64,000 bases of DNA, taken from NCBI GenBank assembly GCA_038496445.1, contig JALMLS010000541.1, positions 186,001 to 250,000 on the forward strand. Reading direction: 5' to 3'. Position numbers and translations under genes: made by a program. This stretch comes from Trichosphaerium sp. ATCC 40318 (lineage: Eukaryota; Protista; Tubulinea). The stretch's first letter is position 1, and each line of letters begins with the position of its first letter. Below are positions 51,946-64,000 of the stretch, piece by piece. The notes under the pieces were generated by a model that did no database searches, had not been told where the DNA came from, and worked only from the letters and a program-made list of their open reading frames with translations.

Positions 51946-53929
51946 ATGCACAACCAAGAGATTCACAACAAAAACAAAGGTACAAACGAAGAGGTAAGCA
52001 ACTAACATGTGTCAGTCCAAAAACACTCTACGGAGCGCTGGGAGTGCTGTTCATGCGTTTTTAAAAGCGTTCTCGTATATTTTTCTTTCAATACTTTTAA
52101 ACCCTAATTTCGACTCTAACAGTGGCGTAAGGGCGTCCGAACATCGTTTTTACAGGCCTATAAGTACTTTTAACAACTATTGCAATTGCAGTAACCTAAC
52201 CTCATGTCAAACACCCTTACAATTACAGAGTACGTAATTTAAAGTAATTTTAGATTGAATCCAACTGACACGGGTGTACAGAGTAAAGTTCAACGAAAAT
52301 CACCCCAAAGACAAACGAATACGCACAAACAAATCTACGACTATAACTATCTCGATAAAAACGGGGTTTCCTTTAACTTGCGAGCCAACTGTCCACATAA
52401 ATAGTGCAACTACCACACAACCTAATGCATTCTATTTGTATTTTACAATACCTGAAGCGCCCAAGCGCGTAGAAGAGTATTTTTCAGTAACAACTTGTCA
52501 CGTGGAGAAGTGCGAAAGTCAGGAATTTACGCTTCACCTTGACTGCAAGTTTACCCTCAGTCTATCCAAGATATTTGCTAGAAGACTGTCTGGAGATGAA
52601 TTTACGAGTAGGTCGAAAGGGCGGTTTGCAATGCGCTATGGAAACTGCCAGTGTAGTTCTGTGGTAAAATTGCCGCTGTATAGGACATCCTCAACGCAGG
52701 TACAGCAACGCAACGTATGCATGTTCAATTGTAAAACACAGCGATGTGTTTGATGTTTTAGTTTTTCTAACATCGATTCCTTTAGAGTTACGGTGATGCA
52801 CCGTCGAGAGTACATAGAGTAAGGAAGAGAAGGACGCATAGGCACTATTACGCCCCTTATACGCCTAGACAGCCAAGTTTTGAAGGGATTGTGTTTCACG
52901 GAGTACTACCGTCAGTGTCGATGAAAGTTGATCAGGAGACTCGCTGTCACGTGGAGTTATCCCGGTCGATTGGCTCCGGCGAGTTTCGTGTTTGGTTTGG
53001 CTTGGGCCCTGAATACGCAAATTGCGGCCTGCCCATGAAGTTGACGGTAGAAGGCAATACTACCGTCACTTACGCACCAAAACTTGCTGATTTTGGGTTC
53101 CCTTTGTCTGAAATGGGACCTAGAGTCGAAGCTAGTATAGTTATTTATGATCAAGATAATGCACGTATCGAGTCCACCACGAAATTTACGTATTTAAACG
53201 GTACGTACGAGAATTCTGAAAGATATTTTATTTTGCAATTACAAGTCATCAAACAAATCAAACTTTTTGATGAATTCCAGTTTTCTTTGGGTTCTTTTCG
53301 GTATCTCTAACATGTAATGTTGTAGTACCTGGAAACGGGTCTATGGTAAATGTAACACCAGATCTTCCAGAGCAGATGGTGACTGATTTTGTTAAATTTT
53401 CTGCGGCTGTACCGAAGGACAAGCTGATTACCCTAAAAAGGGAATTATCGTCATTGAGACACCTTGACGTGTATTTGGCAAAGCACCCAGAAAGGCTCGA
53501 TCTGAAGCAGAAGGATACCAAGGAATCAAACGTTCTTCACTATCTTACTGTGTTTGGATGTGCTAAAACAATAAGAAAGCTCGTGGAGCTCGGATCGTGT
53601 CCTTCTCCAACGCAACAAAATGCAAACGGCATCACACCTCTTCACCTTGCAGCGTTTGCAGGTAAGACTGAGCTAGTAGGCCTTTTTTTGAAGCAGCTCA
53701 GCAATGAGAGGATCAGCGAGCTAAAAGATTCCAATGGCAACTCGCCAAATGACGTTGCAAAGCTATGCAAGCAGGAAAGGATTTGTGACATGGTTAACTC
53801 TTATGAGGCAAAGGTATGTCGTTTTTACAGTTTCACTTCAAAAGAAGCACAAAATCTAAGTGTTGTAAGGAGCAATCTTCGATTCAACCATCGGCTGCGC
53901 CACAAACTACGCCCAACGCTGACAAATAG
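51946..53929 (+). CDS. Beta-rich N-terminal domain + basic NLS + IPT/TIG-like + ankyrin repeats (candidate transcription factor; 5' end approximate)
   Basis: RVRKRR; FRVWFG...TYAP...TKFTYL (IPT-like); NVLHYL, NGITPLHLAAFAG, DSNGNSPNDVA (ankyrin). Confidence 0.65.
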
Positions 53930-54202
53930 GCCATTTTACGTTAGATTGGAAGCTCGGCCACATATCAAAGCGCGGTGATTTAGTTATTTACGCTGTAACC
54001 ATTACTGTTGTTCATCTTGTTGTAAAAAAGGAAAAAAAAAAAAGAGATAAATAACTATTAACGTTTGTTATTTATTGTTATCGGTACAAGCGATCGAATC
54101 GTTTACCTGTTGCACCGCAATTGGGAATAGGGACTGCCTTAAAGTAGACTTTTTGTTTTTTCTAAGTCTCTGCTTTGCTAATTTCGTAATGTTTCACCTG
54201 AA

Positions 54203-56916
54203 ATGAGTAACCAACTAACAACCGACCCAGCGGATGTGTACGATACGGTAAAATATCTTGGACAAGGGTCTTTCGCCAAAGTTTTCCTTGCACGCCATCG
54301 TACAACCAACCAAAAGGTCGCCATCAAAGTTATAAATCTCGAGCACGCCGAGGATGAGGTAGTTTTTTTTTTTCGATATTTGACATTTACATGCCTCTAT
54401 TAACTTTGATACATGACAGATCGACGAAATACAACTTGAAGTACGCTTACCTGCCCTTTATAAGTAAATTGATCCAAAACTACAAAATAACACCCCTTTT
54501 TTACTCTAATGCCCTACCTAAGGTTAAAACCTTGGCGTCGTTATCTTGCCCGAGTATTACCAAATATTTGGCTTCATACTTAAAACGCTCGGAGTTGTAC
54601 ATTGTAATGGAGTACCTTGGCGGAGGGAGCATGGAGAAGCTGGCAAGTATTACACAGTTTGTTTTTTTTTGTTCAAGAAACCTTGCGCCCTTTTTTAGTT
54701 GTTAGTTTCGAGCACGTTTAGTGTCCTTGTATTATTAATTAGGTTTTAGTTAAAACCTGGCCCTCTATCCGAAAATCAACTTTCGCTTGTCTTGTACAAT
54801 TTATTAAAAGCGTTAGAGTACATCCACGAACGCTGTCGCATTCATCGCGATGTCAAAGGTACAAAATGAAGATAATGAAGTGCATTTCACTGATTTTAAA
54901 TAACGTAGCGAGCAACATTTTAATGAGTGAGAACGGAGATGTGAAACTTGCTGATTTTGGAGTGTCTGCAGGTACATAATATTTTTGCAAAATTATATTT
55001 AAAAGGGCTACATGTCATTCAATTTAAACCAGCAAAGAAATTTGTCTTTTCTTTGGTATCTTTGTGTATAAAAATGTTAATTATTTTTAGAACTATCTGG
55101 ACGCTTAGATAAACGTTACACGTTTGTGGGATCACCTTATTGGATGGCTCCTGGTATGTTTTTTTTTAAATACTGTTTTATTTTTCCTGTGGAGTGTCAC
55201 GTGTAAATTTTGTGTTTAGAAATTGTGCAACAAAGTGGGTATAGTTACGGTGTTGATGTTTGGAGTTTGGGTATTACAGCGATACAACTTGCTACAGGTA
55301 AGATTTCTTTTTTTTTGTGTTTTTTTCGCTTTTATGTTGTTGTTTTTGGTTTGATGTTCCCTTCAGGTGAAGTACCTCTCAGTAATCTCGCACCTATGAA
55401 GGCATTGTTCATTATACCAAATCATCCACCACCACGGTTGGACGACCCTCATAGTAGGAATCTACAGGTAGCTTTGAAATTATTTATTATAGCAATTGCA
55501 TTATTTGTGACTGTATTGTAGGAATTTGTGGCTATGTGTTTGATTAAAAATCCTACAGAGAGATCTACGATAGCACAGCTACTACGTACACGTTTTATAA
55601 AAGGCAAAAAGTCTAAACAAGGCGATTTGGTGTCTATTATTGAAAGGTAACAATTTTTTTTGGACTGAAGGATTTTTGTTTGATTTCCTTGTTTCAACAT
55701 GCTTTTACTGTTTATTTTGCTTGCGGGTCATTGCCGTGGTGGCCGTATGTTTGCTTGTTCAGTGTTTAAAAATTTTGTAGGTATAAGAACTGGAGAAATG
55801 GTAGAGATACTGAGAGTTCATCTGAACTTGATGGTATGTCATTCATATTAAGTTAATTATTCTGACGTGTTTGTTGTAGTTGGTGATACCAACTTTTATT
55901 CCTCTGAGGAAGAACTAGACGACTGGGATTTTGATCTTGGTACTAGTGAAGATGAGGAGAAAGAATCCGCATCAAAAAAGTCAAGTAAACTAGCGTCAAA
56001 GAAGAAGGTTTGTTGTTTGGTTTTTTTTTTTCTCGACATTTTGTGTTGCTTTTTTGTACTGTTTCTGACGAGTTAATAGAAATCTAATCGACAAAGCCGA
56101 AAGAAACGTCCTCGTGGTGGAGATAAAAAGCAATATCGTAATTCAGATAAAGCTCCAGGAACACCAACAAGAGTACGACGGAATACATCACATGTTGATG
56201 AAGAAGTTGGTGAGCGAGATGGTTCACCAGATAAGACCACTGTTCGTCGTCATTCTATTGATGATGAAGTTACAGTTAGACGGAAGAATGGTACAAACCA
56301 TTTCTCATACATTGTCTGAGGTACAATTATATTGACGGTTACTTTTTTAGAACGGCGTAAAAAGAGTCGAGCAAAAAGTTCGAGGCGTAAAAAGTCATCT
56401 ACTGATGACGAGGCTGTATCAGGAGCTACTAATGACGTAGTCAGTAGTAAATCTGAGATACTCAGCAGTTTGATATACCCTGCTCTTAGCAACTTGTTAT
56501 CTGCAACAGGAGATATTGACACAATCAAGTACGCATGAACAAAAAAAAAATTATGCAAAAGAAAACCACAAAAGACTTTTTTTTGTTGGCTTTTTGGTAT
56601 TGTTAATGTTTCTTTTTTTTTTAGTGCTGCGGAGTCATTTAAGGCTGTATTTGATAAATTTGAAACAGAGCATCCTGGAAAGCTATATGATCTTATAGTA
56701 CAAATTCTTACAGTTATTAAACAACACAAGAAAGGAAGCCAATCACAGGCAAATAAGCAAAAAATAACGTTTCTCACTAAGGGTAACAATGGTTACTCTG
56801 TTGATGACTCTGTTGTTGGTCGTTACATTTGGCAGCGCTGGCGTAAGACAGTATCAAAGGGAGAAAAGCCCAAAAACAAGAAGAAAGTGTCATCAAATGA
56901 TACCGAGGAGGATTGA
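54203..56916 (+). CDS. STE20-family kinase (MST3/4/YSK-like)
   Basis: LGQGSFAKV, VAIKVINLEHAEDE, IHRDVK, KLADFGVS, TFVGSPYWMAPE, DVWSLGITAI, PMKALFIIP, WDF motif. Confidence 0.95.
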
Positions 56917-57216
56917 GAAGGTTTTTTTTTTGGTGTATTTCCTACGTCCCACTACCATTTTTATTTGTTAAATATGGTATGTGTGACAATCTCCCATTGT
57001 AAAATGTAAATTAGGTCTTTTTGTGACATCACAGACTCAGTTTTTTTTTAATAGTATTTCCCATTTTGTTTTTGTTCTTGAATTGATGAAGAACGTTACA
57101 CTAGACAAATGAGTTTGTGGAACGAATAGCTAAGGGTTTTTGTGTTGTACTTAACATGTAATACGTTGCTACTATTCGACCTTAGTGCTAGTAAATGTAG
57201 GGTAACCTAGATTCAC

Positions 57217-58569
57217 CTACTCCTTTTTTGCACGTGTTTTTTTTCTTTTTTTGTTTGGTTTTTGTTTTTCGGCCTTACGGGTTCTCTTTTTTGATTGATC
57301 TTCTTCTTGTACTAACACTGGTTTATAATCACTTGTAATATTTCCGTCTATTTGTCCCATTATTATTCTATCTTCAAGGTCAACACGTTTTCCACTTGTT
57401 TTGATTTCTAAGGGCAGTGCAGTTAGCATTAAATGCAAAAAACATAGAAAACACACTTGATTGTTTCAGAATTGTCTTAAGTCCTTTTGTTGTATATTGT
57501 TTTAGTATAAGTGCTATCTCGTACTGAAAGTACGATAGCTGGAAACAAAGATCTACAACACTTTGTGGCAGAGGTTGATCTTTCCAAGGGATTCTATTTG
57601 CAATAACAGCTTCTGCACAAAGAACCTATAAAACAAAGTAACCCTTGAAACACACTATGGCATTTTAACGAAGTGAAAATTTGTAAGTTTGAAGGGAGTA
57701 TAGTACTCAAGATACAGTTATTTATAGGGTTTTTCGGTAGAAGGAAAGAGCTGGAGCAAAAACAAACTCAAAATATTCTTACCTTTAGTGATTTTGGGTT
57801 ACCCTTTCCTACGTCCATATTATTCAAGAATCCTTGCTTTATAGAAGAACTACGTTGTTGTGCACATTCTGCAGCTGCCGCATTTGAAGCCTTAGACATT
57901 TCGTCTATGTCCTTTTCTGAAAGCAAATCCCATCCCTTTACTATCTTTTTAGAACAATCTGTATTTCTTTGGTTTGTCATATCAACACAATGCTTTGCGT
58001 ACTTGTTTAATTTCGTTGTTGTAGTAATGATACTGCGGTAAACGAACTCTTGTATCCTTGAAACACGAAAGACGATACCAAGTACTAGATCTAGAGCCCT
58101 ATATTCAATTTTAAGTATCTTTTTTTTAAAAATTGTTTATTACCGTTATACCGTATCGTAACGTGCCCTCTCCGATAAGGGCGCCACAGCAATTACATGT
58201 AGAACTTATTGCATACTGTTTCAGTATTTAACACGTGCGCGTTAACGTACCGATTACTTTTCGCCCCTTCGAAGCGCCATACGGCTCCCTTACCACTGAT
58301 CATATTTTTCAGTAACCTTACTATTAATATACCAAGATAACACGCAAATGCGGTGTAGGCTTAAGTCGCTGTCCTAAAAAAGGTATCAACATTTAAGCCG
58401 GTTAAATCAATTGTTTGTACACCAGCCAGCGCCGTAACCTGTATCTGTCACATTTGTATCAAAGTGGAATTCTAAGTATACCAGCAAGTTGTATAAGATG
58501 ATTATTGGTAGCGGAATCACAATGTGACTTTGATACGACCGTGCTAGGTATCAATATAACGGAAGACAT
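57217..58569 (-). CDS. Hypothetical intron-containing protein with a basic C-terminal tail
   Basis: Linked exons with GT-AG signals; no family recognised. Confidence 0.45.
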
Positions 58570-58725
58570 GTTTTAATGTAAAATTTAGAAACGTTTTTAA
58601 GTTTTTAATAGTTCAAGTATTTGCACCTTGCGTTTGTAAGTTTACGCGTGACTATACAAGTGACGAGTGTTCGTTCTCGTTACTTTTTCTAAAGATGCAG
58701 TTGTTGTGGGTTATATACAAGTTTT

Positions 58726-60604
58726 TTATTTTACTACATTGGCATGGTGGCCTAGACTATTAATACAGAGTATATCATCATTAACATTGCGAAAAATACT
58801 ATAAACAACAAGGTGAATACCGTCAACCGTTTGTAAAGAGCAAGTTCTTGTTGTAGTGAATCGACAGATGTTATGTAGCGCTTGAGTTGTGTTATTTCTT
58901 CTTCTTTATTTGATAGTTGTTGTAGTGTTTTATGGTGCTCCGTTTGGCGGGTATCAAGCTCCTAGGTATGGAGTTAGTGGCGTGGGTTTCAAATGCGTAT
59001 TCACGTACCTTTACAGCTTCAATCAATACTGGAACAAGTTCTGAGTAATTAACACTTAATAATCCACTTGGGTCTTCTGCAACTACTTCAGGAACAACTC
59101 GTCGAACTTCCTAATATTTGCACTTAGGTCACGTGGCAATTTTCTTGATATTTTCGTACCTGTGCAATAAGTCCTACAACGCTAGCCTTGGAATCATCAT
59201 GTCTCCACCTATATGTCTTTCCGCCCAGTTGTCTTACTTTGGCCAAACCGTTTTGTAATTGTCTAACATCTTTTTTCAATCGAAGATCGCTCATTTGATG
59301 GAAAGACTGTTGAGAAAAAAATCAGTATGCAATTACATTAACGTGGCATGGCTGTTTATTTTTGCTTACCTTTGCGCGTACGAATCCATAAACGTCTAGT
59401 GAACTTGGTACTACTGCAGGAGATTCTACAGATGTGTCACGACTTTGTCCTTGAATATTTAATTTTCTTTTTTTCGCCGCTCTGTGTTCGTCAACTCTAA
59501 TTCGATAGTATAAGGGTAATGATCGATATAATCAAAACCTTGATTTATCGTACCTTCGTGTACCACCGGAAGAACTTGCTGTGAATCGTACTGTGTTACC
59601 AGCGATCCTCATTGTGTCATCTTTTGATAAACATCTCAAAGAGAATTGGAATTGTTTCAGTGCCAAGAAAAGTTTTAGGTCAACTTCAAGCGCTTTGCCA
59701 TCTTCAGATACAGATACTTTCTAAAAGACTTAATTAGTCTTAATTTAAAGTTGAAGGGCGTAATTCCTCGGAAAGCATGTTTAAACAACGAATAAGGTAC
59801 CTCCATGATGACGCCATCTTTCCGCGGTAGAGGATCTGATATATCAACTGTAAATACTTCGACCGTACTGGCATTGAAACCTTCATCGCATGTGCATCGC
59901 AATCGAAGACGTTTACCCTTGTTCTAATTTGTGTTAACATTGTTTACTTTTTTTTTTTCATTTCGCAAAATGTTTTCTGTTTACAGAAGCTATTAATATA
60001 TCACGTGGCAAGTACCTTTGTAACTCGTAGACGTTCATCTTTTTGAACGTTATGCCATACTCCTTTACTTCCGCGAGGCTTATGACACAATGCGACGTTA
60101 ATAAACGTACTACATAAAAAGTTAGTTTTTGAAGGTAATTTGTGTATCGTTTTTGGTTTGTATGCTTTTAAATCGAGTGTTTTATTTTTTATGTACGTTG
60201 ATGGTCCGTTGTTCTCAGGAGGGAAAAGTTCAATAGGTGGATGGCTGGTTTGATTGGTTTGCGGGTTGTGGTGCTCTTCTGTAAACATACATTTTTGAAA
60301 GAACGAACTACATTTAGAGACTGTATTATGGTAGCTCTATATAGATATCATGAGAAACCAATATTTTTGTTTGAATACACGTGATTTGTGAGTCTCCAAA
60401 AAAAAAAGCAAGGGTAAAAAAAAAACTGTTCTAGCTTACCGGTACGCTCGCGAAACCACGACCATGGGTGTGAAGGCTCATATTTTCAGCTAGAAAGTGG
60501 TGTCCGTCTTGATGATGGTTTTCTTCATTCAAACCATGATTTCTTGCGAAGTTTGTACCGCAGTTTGGGTCCATGCATCCGTAGTAGTGCATATCCGTTG
60601 CCAT
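58726..60604 (-). CDS. Peptidase S74 (ICA autocleavage) + coiled coil + C-terminal TM protein with NLS; MRF-like architecture
   Basis: AKKRKL; SFHQMSDLRLKKDV...GLIAQEVRRVVPEVV...LSVNYSELVPVLIEAVKEL; TM VFTLLFIVFFAMLMMILCI. Confidence 0.85.
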
Positions 60605-60746
60605 CTATACCAATGTCAACTGTTGGTGAAATCAAAACAAAAAAAGTAACGTTTAGATTAGCGATTGCATTAGCGTAACGATGATTACACCTGTACAAGC
60701 TTTTAAAAGCCTAGCGTAAAACAAGGTGGCAATTGTAACAGTTTAA

Positions 60747-63700
60747 TCAACGACTAACTGAAACAGTCGCTAGTTTGCAGCTATAGCTTGGTGAGGATGT
60801 TTTTATTATTCGTACTTGTTGTGGAATCCGTGGTAGTTGCTTGGTGTTTAATATAGTTGATAAGATTATGAGATTATGCGAGACTAATAAGAATTCTCAA
60901 TTTTTTTCGGACTTTTTTTTGAAAATGCCTTTTTGGATCGCGGCAAAAAAAAAAGTCATATTTCTCATCTTGTCAGTTCCCTTTCGTACTCCCAATCCAT
61001 TCAGTACTAATGCATGTATATATAAGGGTGTTGCATATAGTGTCAGGTCTATTAGATACTCTGTCTTTGCGCGAGAGCGCTGTTTGTGAATTTTTGAAAA
61101 AGCATATTCACAGTCTTCATGCACTGTTATATGAGGAACCCCCATAGGAATAGGTAGAGTATGTATACGAAAATATCTTGAGAAAGCGATAGCTTCATTG
61201 GAAGACCTTGCTATGAGAAAACAGAAATGTAAGTTATTTTCGTACATCCAAAAAGCGGGGTAAGCGTTTTCAAATTTGTCCGCTAAAACCCTTTTGATAT
61301 CAACAACCATACGTCATAGCAGTATTTACCCTGGAAACCCTATTTGTGAAAGGATACCATATTATAAAAATAACGGACACGTGATTCACAACTAAATATC
61401 TAAAAAAAGACCATTTCAAACATAAAAGGATAAAGCACTTGTAATACTGTGATAACAAACTGAGTAAATCCAAAAAAGCAGACTCCGTAATAAATATTAG
61501 TACAAAACTGCACGTTTTTGACGAGTGTAGCAAAGTAGTTTCGGAAGGGTGGACTGAAGTATTTCTTGTATTGCTATTTTACATTCAAAGGTACATAAGT
61601 AACATGCCAATGGAGCAAGTAGTTGTAGTTATCCGCATCACGATCGACTCTAAAAAATGCTTGATAATTCTCCCTTTTCTGTTGGTTTTCTGCTGTTTCT
61701 CTCTTTACCTGCGCTTCGTGGTAATCTCGCAGTTCTGCAAAATGTTCTTTTGATATTTTGTTGAAGAAATAGTGAGCACCCTTTAAAAAAATTGCAAGGT
61801 AAGCGGTTACAAAAAGAAATTCAAAAGGAGGCACACAAACGTTTCCCTTTATCAAACACAATGCAGTTACCGCAGTTTTCCAAAGTGTATTCGTTAAATG
61901 AGAACACTCATGTTCACTTTCAAATAAAATAAAACAAGTTTAGTAAGCTCGAACCTGAAGTAATTTTGAACGGTCGTAAAGGTTGCTTACTAGCAGCCTT
62001 ACACGTCTTTGAGAATCTCCGCGGTGCCCTTCAACAATCTTGACAATGTCTTTCTGGAACATTTTGTAAATTGCTAGCGCAGTTGCCACTGAAAAGTCTC
62101 GTCCGTAGTATAGGACGTTGTCTAGAACGCATAATGTGGTCTATGGAAATTGTGAATTGTTGGGATTCAGAAACAACCGAACACTAAGAAAAAAACCCAA
62201 TGGTAGCAGCGTCACTTACTCGGGTAGGCATTATACTACAATAACAGCATAGCAACCAAGGTATAGACATGATAGGTAGGTAGTTGTAATTTGCGTCTTC
62301 CCTATCGTGAAGTGCGTTCCATGTGTCTGGCGCATGCTCTTCCATGAGATGCTCTAGAACGCGTTGGTCAACCTAGAAAGCAAATTCATGTTAAAAACCC
62401 AAACTGTGTGTTAATATGTGTTATTACCCTTGCTCCCAAAAGACTCTGTAGGTAGTGGCTTGGAAGTATATTATCAATGACAGAAAGAAATATCCAAAAC
62501 GCAGTTTCTTCGTCGTTTATTTCGATGAGAATCATGCCACAAATGAAGTTCATGCTTTGGGCGTAGCCTACCTTGTTTATACAGCGTTAGAGTTCGAAGA
62601 TGTGCGTTGGTATGGTTATTACCTCGGGGTTATGTACTGAATAGGCGCGTAGAATCCTTCCCAAGCTGTCAACATGTATGTTAAAACTTTTATTGCCTTA
62701 AACACGTGTTAGCAACCAAAAACTAGGGTGCACGTATTCGTACCTGGATAAGTACGATGTAGATCAGTCTCAATCTCTTGACCATGTATCCTATCAGGCT
62801 CTTGTTGACAAAGCTCTTGGTAGTAGTCTCTGCCGTGCTTATCTTTCTGTTGTCTGACCTTGGCAAATATTGGCCACATCTACTTTACGTTACTTGACAA
62901 GCAACAAAATAACAATGTTACCCGCTTCCTGTACTCTGAAGGTACACCGAATTTTTTTACCAAGTCCTCTACCTCTGTACCGCTTCTTCTACCACTAAAC
63001 CCAAAAAGCTCGTCCCTACAAGTTAAATGTCACCTCTTATTGGTCACCATCAGAGGAAAAAATGTACCAGGCTTTTCGTCTTTGGCCTAATATTTTTACA
63101 TTGTTGTACTTGTTGTACAAAGCTAGCTCTTTCGCTGTCAAAGGGAATCCATGGGAATCATGAAATTCTTCCTCAACGACGGCAACTTTTACTCTACGTT
63201 TAGCACCAAAAGCAAGCGACGGAGAACCAGAAGATAATGCGCCTTTATCAATCATAAGCTTAACACCAGTGTTTCATTCTTACCATTTTGGTTGCTAGAA
63301 GATCTCCTCAGCGACGATTTGGAGCTGTTAGATGTATCACTGTCACTGCTTTCATCCGAATCAAAGTTAAATTCTGGGATCTGTGGCGGTGGCACACCTG
63401 GTCCTCTAGTTCATACTGTTGAGATTAAAATAATGCAAAGAGGCATACCTCTCCGTAAGCCGTCTTTCATACAATTGTAAACTCCTTTTGGCCTTGCTTT
63501 CGTGTTCTGCAATACGAGCGTCATGTATAGCTTTCCATCGCTGTTAGAGATTAGTCACTTCGATACTGTAATAAGTGTTATGTACTTCTATTCGTTTTTG
63601 TTGAGTTTTCAAAGTTTCCTCGCCTAGTAGTGCCTCTACTTGCTCAATTTTATCTCGCACTGTCTTAACTTTATCACCTAGAGTAACAAAATGATGATTT

Positions 63701-64000
63701 GACATTCTATTGCAATGTTCCCTTACTCAAGACTTGCAAAGATTCTAACATTGCAGGCAATTTGTTAACTTCTTTCGAAAATTTTACCCAAGCTGCACCA
63801 AGCACAAGTGAGCGCCCAAGAGCTTTACGTAGGACCTTGTCTGCATCTTTTCCACGCGTTACCAGCCTATCTGTATTTTTACACAATCTGACAGAGAGGT
63901 GATGATATCTATTTCGCAACCACAAGCCCGCAGCTAAAATGACGTTGGTTCATTTCATTGCATTTTTTTTTTATCAATTTTATATAAGCAAAAGCGCACT
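60747..64000 (-). CDS. TBC-domain Rab-GAP (5' partial; 3' end approximate)
   Basis: FGVPSEYRKR, EIETDLHRTYP, VGYAQSMNFICG, EETAFW, VDQRVL. Confidence 0.88.

Overview
AT-rich, gene-dense eukaryotic nuclear DNA with many short spliceosomal introns and the standard genetic code. The gene set suggests a free-living protist, possibly an amoebozoan (inference). The left ~30 kb is a dynamic accessory region with F-box genes, pseudogene fragments, an inverted duplication, a 993-bp TIR element inserted without a target-site duplication, and five copies of an atypical tRNA-Lys(UUU) carrying G37. It also holds two paralogues of a DZIP3-type HEPN (RxxxxH) + TPR + SEL1 + OB-like protein, each head-to-head with one of those tRNAs. 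The right ~34 kb is mostly single-copy signalling and housekeeping genes (Rho, RCC1-like, SDR, G-alpha, Rab4, AIG1-like, RING, SEL1-kinase, GMF, IPT-ankyrin, STE20, S74/TM protein, TBC). Best candidate new system: the HEPN-TPR/SEL1 putative RNase paired with a G37 tRNA-Lys(UUU). Runners-up: the TSD-less TIR element and an MRF-like self-cleaving membrane-tethered factor with a non-NDT80-like N-terminal domain. All gene models were spliced by eye, so exon boundaries and some ends are approximate.
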